Assembly (NCBI RefSeq): GCF_001194135.2
Contig: NC_068998.1
Coordinates: forward strand, 18,382,470-18,446,469
Reading direction: 5' to 3'
From: Octopus bimaculoides
Taxonomy: Eukaryota
DNA length: 64,000 bases
Shown here: in pieces, positions 25,630-37,174 of the stretch
Position numbering within the stretch: position 1 is the stretch's first letter
Layout of the letters: every line of letters starts with the position of its first letter
Position numbers and translations under genes: made by a program
The notes under the pieces: generated by a model
Told to the model about the DNA's origin: nothing
The model's input: only the letters and a program-made list of their open reading frames with translations
Databases searched by the model: none

Positions 25630-26415
25630 TATATATATATACATATATATATATATACTCACATGTACATTTATGTGTGTGCATGAGTGTGTGTGAATGC
25701 ATGTGTGTGTGAGTGCATGTGTGCGTGAGTGCATGTGTGTGTGTGTGTGTTTCCACATATATGCGCATGTTTGTCTGTCTATCTGTATGTATGTATATGC
25801 ATGTGTGTATGTGTATGCATGCATATGTAAGTATGTATCATATATATATATGTATGTACATACGTATGTACATACGGATGTGTATATATATATATATNNN
25901 NNNNNNNNNNNNNNNNNNNNNNNNNNNNNNNNNNNNNNNNNNNNNNNNNNNNNNNNNNNNNNNNNNNNNNNNNNNNNNNNNNNNNNNNNNNNNNNNNNNN
26001 NNNNNNNNNNNNNNNNNNNNNNNNNNNNNNNNNNNNNNNNNNNNNNNNNNNNNNNNNNNNNNNNNNNNNNNNNNNNNNNNNNNNNNNNNNNNNNNNNNNN
26101 NNNNNNNNNNNNNNNNNNNNNNNNNNNNNNNNNNNNNNNNNNNNNNNNNNNNNNNNNNNNNNNNNNNNNNNNNNNNNNNNNNNNNNNNNNNNNNNNNNNN
26201 NNNNNNNNNNNNNNNNNNNNNNNNNNNNNNNNNNNNNNNNNNNNNNNNNNNNNNNNNNNNNNNNNNNNNNNNNNNNNNNNNNNNNNNNNNNNNNNNNNNN
26301 NNNNNNNNNNNNNNNNNNNNNNNNNNNNNNNNNNNNNNNNNNNNNNNNNNNNNNNNNNNNNNNNNNNNNNNNNNNNNNNNNNNNNNNNNNNNNNNNNNNN
26401 NNNNNNNNNNNNNNN

Positions 26416-26465
<50 letters not shown>

Positions 26466-26680
26466 TCACATGTACATTTATATATATATATATATATATC
26501 TTTATACATTGACACATACATACAAACACATACATACATACATACATACATACATAGGTATGTGTGTATGTATGTGTATACATATATGTGTGTATGCATG
26601 TGTGCATGTGCATGCATACGTGTATCCATGTGTATGTATATGCATGTACATCTATAAGCTTAATTCATATACAGTCTCTC

Positions 26681-26725
<45 letters not shown>
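25330..26725. repeat. Compound (TG)/(TA) microsatellite block containing a duplicated multi-hundred-bp unit and a gap
   Basis: CCACATATATG(T/C)GCATGTTTGTCTGTCTATCTG...ACGGATGTG...(TA)n CTCACATGTACATTTAT occurs twice (from ~25441 and ~25753). Confidence 0.85.
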
Positions 26726-26726
<1 letters not shown>

Positions 26727-27139
26727 TTTGCAGGGGTCTTTTGGTGTATGTGTGTGACGACGTACAAGATTTCTTTCTTTTTTTCTCTCTTTATTTCTCT
26801 ACTTATTGATTTATCTATGTATTTGCTTATTGAACAACATATCAGGCAAACTATTTGAACTATCCACGTGACATTATGATTCATTCTAGAACAATCCAGA
26901 GGGAAATTTATCAACAACTATATAAACTCAGGCTTTTGACCTGTGACTAGTTTGATAAGTGCCAAAGCACAAAACTCTCAGACTTTGAGTCACTCTCTTA
27001 CTTGTGCTAAATATCAATAAAATATATTCAGACCACAATGGTTGAAGACTAGCCACACACTTGAAATACAGAGTACCAAGAAGTCTGGATCAAACTGTTT
27101 TGGTCTATACATGTAACTCCCAATAAATGTGTTGAGTGC

Positions 27140-27310
27140 CCTTCTTTCGTTTGTCTACTCTCTATTTATTTCCTTTTATCCCTTTCTGTCGAAGAGTGTA
27201 GGCTCAAAACATAAAAGACTTCTCCGTTTTTCCTGGGCATTAAACTAATACACTTGCTTGTTGTTCCGACACCTGTCTTCGTATTTTTGTTTTTCTATAA
27301 ATTTGAACTG
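27140..27310 (+). mobile_element. Penelope-like terminal-repeat remnant with decayed hammerhead motif
   Basis: CTTT-CTGTCGA-A-GAGT-gtag-GCTC-AAAA-CAT-A-AAAG (27182-27217), followed by the T-rich tail typical of PLE termini. Confidence 0.55.
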
Positions 27311-27454
27311 TGTGTGTGTGAATAAATGATATTTATCCCTCACCAAATGGAGTACTTTTTTGTTGCTCTTTCTATCACAGAACAGTTCATTATATACACA
27401 CACACACACACATATATATGTATATACATAGAAAAATGAAGAATAAGGCAGAAT

Positions 27455-27860
27455 GCTAAATTGTGAGGCCCCACTTCCAAAATTCACTTGTCTTTGATGA
27501 AAAATACTCCTCTAGTACTGTTCTGAACTCGTCTACAGAATTCATATTTTTTCTGTCCATATGATTTTGAAGACTGCAGAATAAATGATAATCAGATGGG
27601 GCAATGTCAGGCAAATATGGTGGATGGGGCATCATTTCCCATTCAAACTGCTCCAGCTTTTCGAATATCATCCTCACTCGCTAAATGTGGCTGAGCATTA
27701 TCCTGATGGAAGAACACATTTCATCTTGAAACCAAAGATGGCCGTTGTTCTTCTTGCGCTGACTTAAGCCACTCAAGCTGCTCGCAGTAGATTTTTGTTA
27801 TCATTTGGTTTGGGTTTAAAAGTTCAAACTGGACTAAACTTTTCATTTCCCAGTAAACAG
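27455..27860 (-). mobile_element. Mariner (DD34D) transposase remnant, catalytic C-terminal half
   Basis: Across frameshifts: WEMKSLVQFELLNPNQ...YCEQLEWLKSAQEEQRPSL, VFFHQDNAQPHLA, EWEMMPHPPYLPDIAPSDYHLFCSLQNHM...EYFSSKTSEFWKWGL. These are the hallmark HDNA and YSPDLAPSDYHLF motifs. Confidence 0.92.
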
Positions 27861-28022
27861 CAGCAGCAGCAACTGCTGCCACCGCCGTCGTCATCATCAT
27901 CATCATCACTGCTAATACTTTCATCTTCCTAAGATCTAAAAATAAGTTACAACCAACAACTGAGTTTGATTGATTTGATGACTCCTCCAAAAATATCTGG
28001 TCTAATTTCAATATTAGGAAAC

Positions 28023-28081
<59 letters not shown>

Positions 28082-28109
28082 CATTATTATTATTGGGGTG
28101 TGGACTGGA

Positions 28110-28800
28110 AGAATCATTAGAGTGTTGAGCAAAATGGCTTTGATTTCTTTCAGAACTTTGTTCTGAGTTCTATCCTACCAAGGCCAACTTGCCTTTCATT
28201 CCTCTGGGGTTAATAAAATAAAGTAAAACTGTCAGGTACCGGAGTCAATGATATTGACTACCCCTCCCCTCCAAATTTCAGGCTTTGTACCTAAATTAGA
28301 AATCATTATTATAAGGTGGTAAGCTAGCAGAATCATTATAGTGCCAAACAAAATGCATTATGGTGTCTAGTTGCATCACTCTACATTCTGAGTTCAAATC
28401 ATTTCCAGGTCAACTTTGCCTTTCATCCCTCTGAAGTTGATAAAATAAAGTATCAGTCAAGTTGATGGTAAGGAGGTTTGATGTAATTTACTAACTCTAT
28501 GTGCCCTCAAAATTGCTGGCCTTATGTCTAAACTAAGAACAATTATTATGTTTATTATTAAAGATAGGAAGTTGGCAGAATCATTAAGGTAATTAGCAGG
28601 TAAAATCATTAGAACATCAGGAAAAAAAAAACAGAATGTCTTGAAGTATTTCTTCTAGTTCTTTATATTTTGTGTTTAAATCCCACTAAAGCCAACTTTG
28701 CTTTTCATCTTCGTGGGGGTCAATAAAATAATAAAGTAACTGTCAAGTACTGAGGCCAATGGTACTAATCAACCCCCTCCTCTCAAAATTGCTGGTCTTT
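28110..28800 (+). mobile_element. Three head-to-tail degenerate Meta-like SINEs (family C)
   Basis: Repeated TTCTGAGTTCAAAT...GGTCAACTTTGCCTTTCATCC...GATAAAATAAGTA at ~28110-28310, 28312-28550 and 28560-28800. Confidence 0.8.
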
Positions 28801-28890
28801 ACTTTACTTCACTTGTTTCAGCTTGAGAGCTCTGGCCATGCTGGGGCACAGCTGTTGAAAAGTTCACTTTAGCAGAGTATAGTTCTGCTA

Positions 28891-29246
28891 AGCGAAGGCG
28901 CATGGCTCAGTGGTTAGAGCATCAAGCTTAAGATTATGAGGTTGTGAGTTTGATTCCCAGACTGGGCTGCATGTTGTGTTCTTGAGCAAGACACTTTATT
29001 TCACATTGTGCCAGTTCACTCATTGTAGAGATGAGTTGCGACGCCACTGGTGCCAATCTTTTGCCTTTCCCCTGGACAACATCGGTGGCATGGAAAGGGG
29101 AGGCTGGCATGCATGGGCGACTGACTGCTGGTCTTCCATAAAAACAACCTTAGATTGTGCATTCACCGGTGAGGCAACTTTCTGCCCAGACTTGTACCCC
29201 AGAGGGAAATCTCTTAGGTGTACCCATGGTCATTCATGACTGATGG
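28891..29246 (+). mobile_element. tRNA-headed SINE, family E (best-preserved copy)
   Basis: GCGAAGGCGCATGGCTCAGTGGTTAGAGC A-box, GAGTTTGATTCCC B-box, and the family body. Confidence 0.9.
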
Positions 29247-30008
29247 AGTTGAGTTCTGCTGAGGTGAATTTGCCTAAATCAGAACCAATTGTTATTAATT
29301 TCCATGTGATCAAGAATGTAATCTTTGGTTTTGACTATTGCCACATTCTTAGCAACAATGTCTGTTGATTCCCTCACATTCTTCCTTTAACTGTAGTTAG
29401 ACCTAGTAGAACAAAGTGGTTTTATTATTTTTGTTCTTGCTTTATTTTTATTTTTAAACTGCCATAATATGAATAAGACATTGCAAATGAGAATTGTCAA
29501 TCATCTTAACACACCAAGTTTATTCTATTGAAAGATATATTCTCAATAATCTCTCAGAAGAATCAGTCACCATGACTAATTCTGAGGTTATCTTTGTCCT
29601 CTCATCATGCTATCAATCGATCCACTGTAGATATTTATTCAGTTGTCTTCAGGCATCCACTCTGAGTCAAACGACTACAATAACTGGACATTATAGCTCT
29701 TACAGTAGTGTTAGACTCTCTAAGTCAAATATATAAGAAGCACATGAAACTTGATCTTGTTCTAATTTCCTTTATGACATTTATACACACACACAAACAC
29801 ACACACACACACACACACACATACATGTACACACAACAAGAGGTTGAATAAACTGCTGGTAGTAACAGTCAAATCTCACTCAAATATTACACCTGACTCT
29901 CTTGAAAATAAACTAGAACACTGGATAATGTATTCCTAGATGGAATTATTTTAAACATAAGTCAGCTCTGTCAGATTATAGTTCACTAGTCATCTCACTG
30001 TCAGTGAA

Positions 30009-30237
30009 TTAACTCATTAGCATTTAAATCAGCCATAACCAGCCCAAATATTCTATCTGTTCTTTGTTCAATCTGACCAAATTTGGCCTTTCACACCTAC
30101 ACTACAATGTCATTCTAAAATTAAACAATCTCATCTTTGAAATCTTAAAACTACAAGACAATGCATAAGTAATTAAAAAAAATGTGAATAAATAAGCAAT
30201 TACATTTGACAGAGTAATTTGTATGTTAAAGGGTTGA
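30009..30237. mobile_element. piggyBac-like MITE copy, opposite orientation to 11482
   Basis: TTAA|CTCATTAGCATTTAAA ... ATGTTAAAGGGTTGA; the body is the reverse complement of the 11482 copy. Confidence 0.75.
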
Positions 30238-30502
30238 ATCTTTAGTGCAACAATCTATTCAACATAAATTCAAAATACAGAGACCATCCACTACCAGACA
30301 GACATTTTCCTTGGCAATGAAAGGTTTCTACCATGTTACCTAAGAAGTGATTTGAATACTAGCAATTCCAAATTCAAATGGTTTTTTAAAAAATTCATAT
30401 TTATACATGCAAATTCTGTGTAAATACTTATATTAGCTTCAATCTTGGCACAAGGCCAGCAATTTCAGAGGATACAAATTTTAAAATCTGTTACTGAGCT
30501 GC

Positions 30503-30765
30503 CAAGTTAAGGGGACATTAACAAACAAACACTGGTTGTCAGTGGTGGTGGTGGGTGCCAAAATAAACCCAAAGATACACTCACACACACACATCTATGA
30601 CAAACTTCCACACAGTTTCCATCAACCAAATTCACCCACAAGGGATTGGTCAGTCCAAGGCCATAGCAGAAGATTCTTGCCGAAGATGCTGCACAGTGTA
30701 TCTGAACCCAAAATCATATGGTTGCAAAGCAAGCTTCTTAACCACACAGCAATGCCAATGCCTTT
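30503..30765 (-). mobile_element. Family A SINE (internally shortened)
   Basis: Reverse-complement head, core and part of the 3' half. Confidence 0.75.
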
Positions 30766-30963
30766 GGATGAGTTCTTTGAATAACTGAATGACCTCTCTA
30801 AGAACAAAGTGGACAAATTTAACAATTAAGTCAATTCCTTTATGCTGGATCAACAGAGCTGCGACTTGACTCTGTGACTTCTATAAGAATAGAGATGAGA
30901 GAAAAAGAAGTCCACTTAGATTGGATATTTGCCTAACATATTTAATTTCTCATTAAAAAAAAA

Positions 30964-31632
30964 AGGTACAGACATGGCTGTGTAAGAAGTTTGCTTCCCA
31001 ACCACATGGTTTTGGATTTGATCCCACTGTGTGGCACCTGAGCAAATGTTTTCTACTATAACCTCTTGTGATTGGGTTTGGTAGACAGAAACTAAAAGCC
31101 TGATGTGTATGTGTATGTGTGTGCATGTGTGTGTGTGTGTGTGTGTATGTGTGCACGCGCATGCATGCGTGTGTGTGTGTGTACATGTATGCATGTGTAC
31201 GTGTGAGTCTGTGTGTACGCAAGTGAGTTAATATCAAACAAGAATGGGTCCTCAACGCCGCATTAGTGGATAAAAATTCTTTATTTATGGGTTAAGGTTA
31301 TCATTGGTTTCATGTATAGAGAAATCTCTTTACAATTATCAAGCCTGCCACATGGAACATCAGTGTTCATTTCCATCTTGAAGATATACATCTATGTGTA
31401 TTTGTCTTTGTGTTTGTCACACCACACACACACACCATTGCTTGACAACTGTTGTTGGTTTATTTACATCCCTGTAACTTAGAAATTTGGCAAAAGATAT
31501 TAGTAGAACAAGTAGCAGACTTTAAAAAAAAATAAGTATCAGGGTTGATTTGTTTGACTAAATCCTTCAAGGCAGTGCCCGAGCATGGCCACATCCTAAT
31601 GACTGAAACAAGAAAAATATAAAGATAAAAGA
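30964..31632 (+). mobile_element. Family A SINE split by an expanded (TG)n tract and inserted DNA
   Basis: 5' half at 30964-31110; 3' half GCTTGACAACTGTTGTTGG...GGCAGTGCCCGAGCATGGCC at ~31400-31632. Confidence 0.75.
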
Positions 31633-32675
31633 TGCTCCTAAATTTGCCAGGTAGTACCAATTCTTGATATTTATTCCCCAAACTATTTTTGTGAAGTCAG
31701 ATAATGTAGAATAAAATGCTCCTCTTAGAAACAGAAAGAGACACCTCCTACAGATTTGAACTTATGTACCTTAAGTTGATACTTCAATACCATATCCCCT
31801 CAGTCATTTTGTTTTTCCTATAAGTAATTATTATATTGTAATTGATGACTACATTGATATTTGAAGAGTTCTTTAAACAAAGCACCTAAAAATGCCATTG
31901 TCTAAGATATTCATATCAGACAAGTATATTTTAGAAAATTAATGCCATATAAATTCTATTTTAAGAACAAACCAATTTAGACATTTCATATACATTTATA
32001 ATGAAATTTAATTTAGGGAAGTAGATGTCAAATTCTATTTTAGGAGAAGTATTTGATAAAATTCAGGAAAAAAAAAATGCCTTTCATATAATTATAATAT
32101 TCAAGAAAAAAATTTACATTATACATTGTTTTGTAACTCTTAAGCAAAACACTTTATACAATGTCTTAACTCTTCTTGATTCAGTGATTCAGTTTTCTCA
32201 TTTATGTGCAAGTGAATAGATATGGCTCACCAATGCAAAGAGTGAGAGCACTGCTTAATTAACAAATGTCTCATAAACTGCTATACTAAGACTAGTGCCC
32301 GCATCTTGGTCATAACAGTCACAACATTTTGACAGTTGCATCCTTTCAAATCAAACCCAGGGGTAGACTGCTCTCATTCTGTTCTCCACACCAGAGATAT
32401 TCTCCTGTTAACCACCCTCTTCCTTCTGGTGCTGCTTCAATGTTCCACTTGAATATGTATTGCTTGACTGAGTCAGGCATTAGACTTACACTACCAAAAC
32501 TTAATCAGTGCTTACATTCACTATCTCAAAACATTTTGATAATTTCTTACATTTCCCCATTGTATAGTAACGATAATTCCACAGACCTTGTGGCACAATG
32601 CTAGTGCACCTGACACTTGATCAGAAGAAGGCTGAGTGTTCAAATCATGTTGGAGGTCAAAGAAATTTTTCAAGT

Positions 32676-33082
32676 GGAGGTGTGGCTGTGTGGATAAGAA
32701 AATTACTTTCAAACCATGTGGTCTTGGTTTCAGTCCCATTGCATGGCACATTGGGCAAGTCTCATTCTACTATAGCCCCATGCTGACCAGAGCCTTGTGA
32801 GTGGATTTGGTGAACAAAAGCTGAAAGAAACTTGTCATATGTATGTATTTGTGTGTATTTATCTATGTGTGCTTTTGTGTTTGTATTTGTTTGTTCCCCA
32901 CCACCACTTGACAGCCAGTGTTGGTTCGTTTACATCCCTGTTCAGCAAAAGACACCAATAGAATAAGTACCAGACTTAAAATATAAGTTCAGGGGTCAAT
33001 TTGTTTGACTAAAAATCCTTCAAAGTAGTACCCCAGTATGGCAACAGCCCAATGCCTTAAACAAGTAAACAATAAAAGAAAG
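32676..33082 (+). mobile_element. Family A SINE (full length)
   Basis: Complete head, core, microsatellite and 3'-half layout. Confidence 0.85.
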
Positions 33083-33149
33083 ATCTTTGAAATTCAGACA
33101 AAACAAGTGATTCATTAACTTGCAGTGTTTAAGTCTTTTTGGAGAAGGC

Positions 33150-33480
33150 AGCTGGGAAGCTCTCCAGTATTCAGCCTCAGACTATAAGGAACCAATTGTC
33201 CCTAGTCATCCTCAAGTAGGGTCTCTGTTGGTCAACGTTGATCATACATCAGTATGTGCAAAACTGGGCAAGATTTTTTTTTCAGGAAAACTAGCAGTTG
33301 CCCATACAGGCAAGCTTCCCCTTGTTATACCACAAATCTTTATTAATGGAAAAGACTAATGATTTTGTCCAATACAGTCTGGCACCAGTGTTATTGCAGG
33401 CATTGCTATTAGAACACAAAGAGCCAGGACAGATACCACAAGACATCCCACCTGGCCCACCACTACCATGGATATGCATT
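33150..33480 (+). mobile_element. Possible Gypsy integrase (HHCC region) remnant
   Basis: IVPSHPQ...DHTSVCAKLGKIFFSG, then NDFVQ...CRHC / HKEPGQIPQDIPPGPPLPW. This loosely follows VIP...HxGxxK...FWPG...VxxCxxC...KEP....P..PW. Heavily decayed. Confidence 0.35.
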
Positions 33481-33597
33481 TGTTTTTATTTTTTTTTATC
33501 AAGTCTGAAAAATAAAATGAAAGGCAAACTTAGCCTCAGTAGGATTCGAACTCAGTGTGCTGCAAGTTAGAACAAATACTGAACTATGCTCTTTGCT

Positions 33598-33807
33598 TTA
33601 ACCCTTTAGCATTCAGATTACTCTGTCAAATATAATGCTTATTAATTCACATTGTTTTGATTTAATCTGCATTATTTTACAGCTTTGGAATTTTGATGAT
33701 GTGATTGTTTATTTTTAGAAAGACACTGCAGGGTAGGTGTGAGAGGCCAGATGTGGCAGATTGAATATTTTGGCCAGATATGACCAGTTTAAATGTTAAA
33801 GTTTTAA
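33598..33807. mobile_element. piggyBac-like MITE copy
   Basis: TTAA|CCCTTTAGCATTCAG ... TTTAAATGTTAAAG; same orientation as 11482. Confidence 0.8.
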
Positions 33808-34002
33808 TGACTTTGCCAACTTGCTACTATCTCAGTCAGCCTTAGCATTGGATTTAGATCCTTCTCTGATTCAAGTTGTGCAAGATGACTCAGATGAAAC
33901 AGTCCTCTCACATATAAAGCTCATCATGTCCAATATCCACTGCACCAGGTTGCTTGGAGTAGACTTCATAATAAACCTGACTAATGATACACCCTTTCTT
34001 AT

Positions 34003-34230
34003 TTAAGCATTTAGCATCTAAAGTAGCCATATCCAGCCTAAATATTCTACCTATTTTCTGTTCAAACCAGCCAGATCTGATCTCTCATGCCAACCCTTAC
34101 AATATCATTCTAAAAGTAAACAATCACACCATCAAAATATTAGAGCTACAAGATAAAGCATGACTAATTCAAAACAATGAATAAATAAGCATTACATTAG
34201 ACAGAGCAATCTGAATGCTAAAGGATTTTA
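34003..34230. mobile_element. piggyBac-like MITE copy, inverted relative to 33598
   Basis: TTTAGCATCTAAA ... AATCTGAATGCTAAAGG; reverse-complement body. Confidence 0.8.
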
Positions 34231-34711
34231 GAAAATTCGAAGATGATACAAATCTGAAAATTTGTTTGAATAAGCCACACTGAATAAAATTAATATTTAA
34301 ATTGTGCTGTGGATATCATTTATCTAAGAATTATCAAAACAAAACAAAAAAAGAAAGAAAAAAGAAGGAAAACATAAAATTTAGTGAAGCTGATTTTTTT
34401 TATGATATCAAATAATAAATCAGCATGTTTTTGCTTATGTTAATCACAAAATTACAACATAATACAAAATAACAATTGCATCATATCCAAAGGGATATAT
34501 TGCACATTTCAATTATTATTGAGTTAGAGTTTTTCAGAATAATACTTTAGTATTCTTTTGAGTCTAACTTTGACATAGTTGGCTCTTCTAAGATTCAGAA
34601 CAGTTAGTTTTCTTGAGTTAAACCAGAAACTGAGGTACCGTGTTCCTGCTAAATAACTGCTAATTTTCAATCACAGCACAGAAGAGAGCCAAAATCTACT
34701 AATACTTTAAT

Positions 34712-34925
34712 CTTTTCTACTCTAGGCACAAGGCCAGAAATTTTGGGGGAGGGGGCCAGTTGATTAGATCGACTCCAGTATGCAACTGGTACTTAATTTA
34801 TCAACCCTGAAAGGATGAAAGGCAAAGTCAACCTTAGCAGAATTTGAACTCAGAATGTAAAGACAGACGAAATACCACTAAGCATTTCGCCCAGCACGCT
34901 AACGTTTCTGCCAGCTTTTCCGCCT
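34712..34925 (-). mobile_element. Meta-like SINE, family C (young, 17-bp TSD)
   Basis: Perfect TSD TCTACTAATACTTTAAT (34695-34711, 34926-34942). Minus strand has B-box TTCTGAGTTCAAATTC and Meta-like GGTTGACTTTGCCTTTCATCCTTTCAGGGTTGATAAATTAAGTACCAG. Confidence 0.95.
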
Positions 34926-35042
34926 TCTACTAATACTTTAATGAGTTAATGCTTATATTTTGCTAAGCATTTGATTATAACCTTTTGCATTTCCACTTGT
35001 ATAATGGAACTTGAATGAGCTACCATTATTACATTGCAGCTA

Positions 35043-35200
35043 AGGTGGCAGGCTGGCAAAATTGTTAGCATGTCAGGCAAAATGCTTAGTGGTATTTCAT
35101 CCATCTTTAAAGTTCTGAGTTCAAATTCTACTGGGGTAAAACTGTAATTGACTTACCCCCTGCCCCAAAATAACTAGCCTTGTGCCAAAATTTGAACCCA
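35043..35200 (+). mobile_element. Family C SINE with central deletion
   Basis: Head GGTGGCAGGCTGGCAAAATTGTTAGC, B-box, then a jump to the 3' GGCCTTGTGCCAAAATTTGAA-like tail. Confidence 0.75.
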
Positions 35201-35593
35201 ATATATAACTGGTACTTATTTCATAAAACTTGGATAGACAGACGCACAGCGACGTTGGCATGAACAAAATTTTAAATTCAAAATTAAACTGATCAAAATT
35301 TGAGCATTTAGTCATGTCTACCAAGCTAAGTAATGTTATCTTTCAGAAGTGTATGAAAAATAAATATTAAGCTAAATTCAAATACATAAACTGTAACATC
35401 CATCTCCTGCATTCATCATCAAATATTCCAATCTCTACCCTGCCCCCGACTCTACTTTTTCTCTCCTTCCTGCTGCGGTTGGTCTCTTCTTTTTCTATAC
35501 CAATCACTTTTCTTTCACCCACAACTTTTAGTCAACATGTTCACAATATACTCATTTTCTTTACAATGATAGGTAATGCCTGTAAAAGCTAAC

Positions 35594-35860
35594 TTTTTTT
35601 TTTATTTCCAGAATGTGACCTTTCTACATTTCAGTTTAAAATTCTTCCAGTGTTTATCTAGTCTCTTCTTGAAATTGGCTGGTTGTTTTCAACTCAACAA
35701 CCTTCCATGGTAATTGATTTCGGTTTGCATTGAGCCTGTTCAAGAAGATTTGCTATCCACTCAACTTCTTGCGTCATTTCTTAAGCAATTTTAACAAATG
35801 TCCTCGTGTTAATGACTGACTGAATTTCAAGATATCACACTTGTCTTGAGATTTACTTTT
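35594..35860 (-). mobile_element. CR1-clade LINE 3' end with A-rich tail
   Basis: Minus strand reads TRGHLLKL...FLNRLNANRNQLPWKVVELKT / FKKRLDKHW, matching the CR1 end TRGHxxKL...FxNRVxxxWNxLPxxVV...FKxRLDKHW. The T-run at 35594-35603 is its poly-A. Confidence 0.8.
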
Positions 35861-35874
35861 TCTATCATTATGAA

Positions 35875-36090
35875 AAGGTGGCAAACTGGCAGAATTGTTA
35901 CTGCGCTCGGAAAAATGCTTAGCAACATTTCATCCATCTTTACATTCTGAGTTCAAATTCCACTGTGATTGACTTTTGCCTTTCATGCTTTTGGGGTTGA
36001 TAAAATAAGTACCAGTTGAAAACTGAGATCAATGTAATCAACTACCCATCTTCTTCAAAATTGCTGGCCTTGTGCCAAAATTTGAAACCA
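35875..36090 (+). mobile_element. Family C SINE (full length)
   Basis: Head, B-box, Meta-like domain and GGCCTTGTGCCAAAATTTGAAACC tail. Confidence 0.9.
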
Positions 36091-36947
36091 TTATGTTGTA
36101 GGCACATATCGTTTCTCTGTAGAGTATGAAAGGAAAAGCTCCCTGCGATTAGATATTTCCCCTTTTCTTCTAGCCATATTTCTCATGAAATATATTTCCT
36201 GTGCATTTCACTTAATTCTTGAGACAGAGACGGTTTACGTAGGGCAATATTGAAGCATGGCCTTAGTCGTGATGGCTAAAACAAACTAAAGAACTAAGAC
36301 AGGAAAAACATAGGGTGAGACTGTTACAGTTGAAATGACTAAGGTCTAAGGGAAACATTTGAGTCAAGCAACATTCCCAGCAATATTAAGCAAAACACTG
36401 GAAATTTACTCATGTATAGCATGATAAATTTATTAAGAAAAAACATGTGGATCGAAAGTGGGAGGAAGAATAATATTATACATTTGCAATACAAAAAGAA
36501 TAGGGAGAGCTTAGATTATGCTTGAGAAAGCATTGAACATAAGTAAAAAACTGTACATACTATATTCATTTATCTGAAGTGGGGTGGGGTTCAGTATCTG
36601 TAGCCTTTTGGGCACTTCTGACTAGGCTATAGGGATAAAAGGGTGTACTTAGTGCAGTTAAATGGTTATAGGTTAGTAGCATGAAAACATTGGTACCAAG
36701 AGATAGAAAGAGAGATGTAGCTTTGATGAAAGCCACCTCTTCTCCTTCCCTCTCTCTCTCTTTCCCTCCCCCTCCCTCTCTCTCTCTTTCTGTTGAGGAT
36801 AGTGATGATTTTATCTGTCCCTTGTTATTAACCTGCAACCATTCAAACTGCATTCGACTACATTAATTACACTCTGTTAACCCTGATAGCCCAATCGAAG
36901 AGTGCCTAAAAGATAATGCACACTTACCTCTCAAACAAATGAATAAT

Positions 36948-37174
36948 CCTTGCTACTATAGGCACAAGGCATGAAATTTCGAGGGAGTGGGGATGGGGGG
37001 GGGGTAAGTCGATCACATTGAACCCAGTTCACAACTGGTACTTATTTTATCGACCCCTAAAGGATGAAAGGCAAAGTCAACCTCGGCAGAATTTGAACTC
37101 AGAACGTAGTGACTGGCAAAATACTGCTAAGCATTTCATCCAGCATGCTAACGATTTTGCCAGCTTGCCAACTT
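36948..37174 (-). mobile_element. Family C SINE with TSD
   Basis: Flanked by CAAA(C/T)AAATGAATAAT (36932-36947, 37175-37190). Confidence 0.92.

Noticed and set aside
35594-35612. Poly-T plus ATTTCCAG looking like a strong splice acceptor
   Set aside because: Explained as the reverse-complemented A-rich tail of the CR1 fragment, and no open exon follows.
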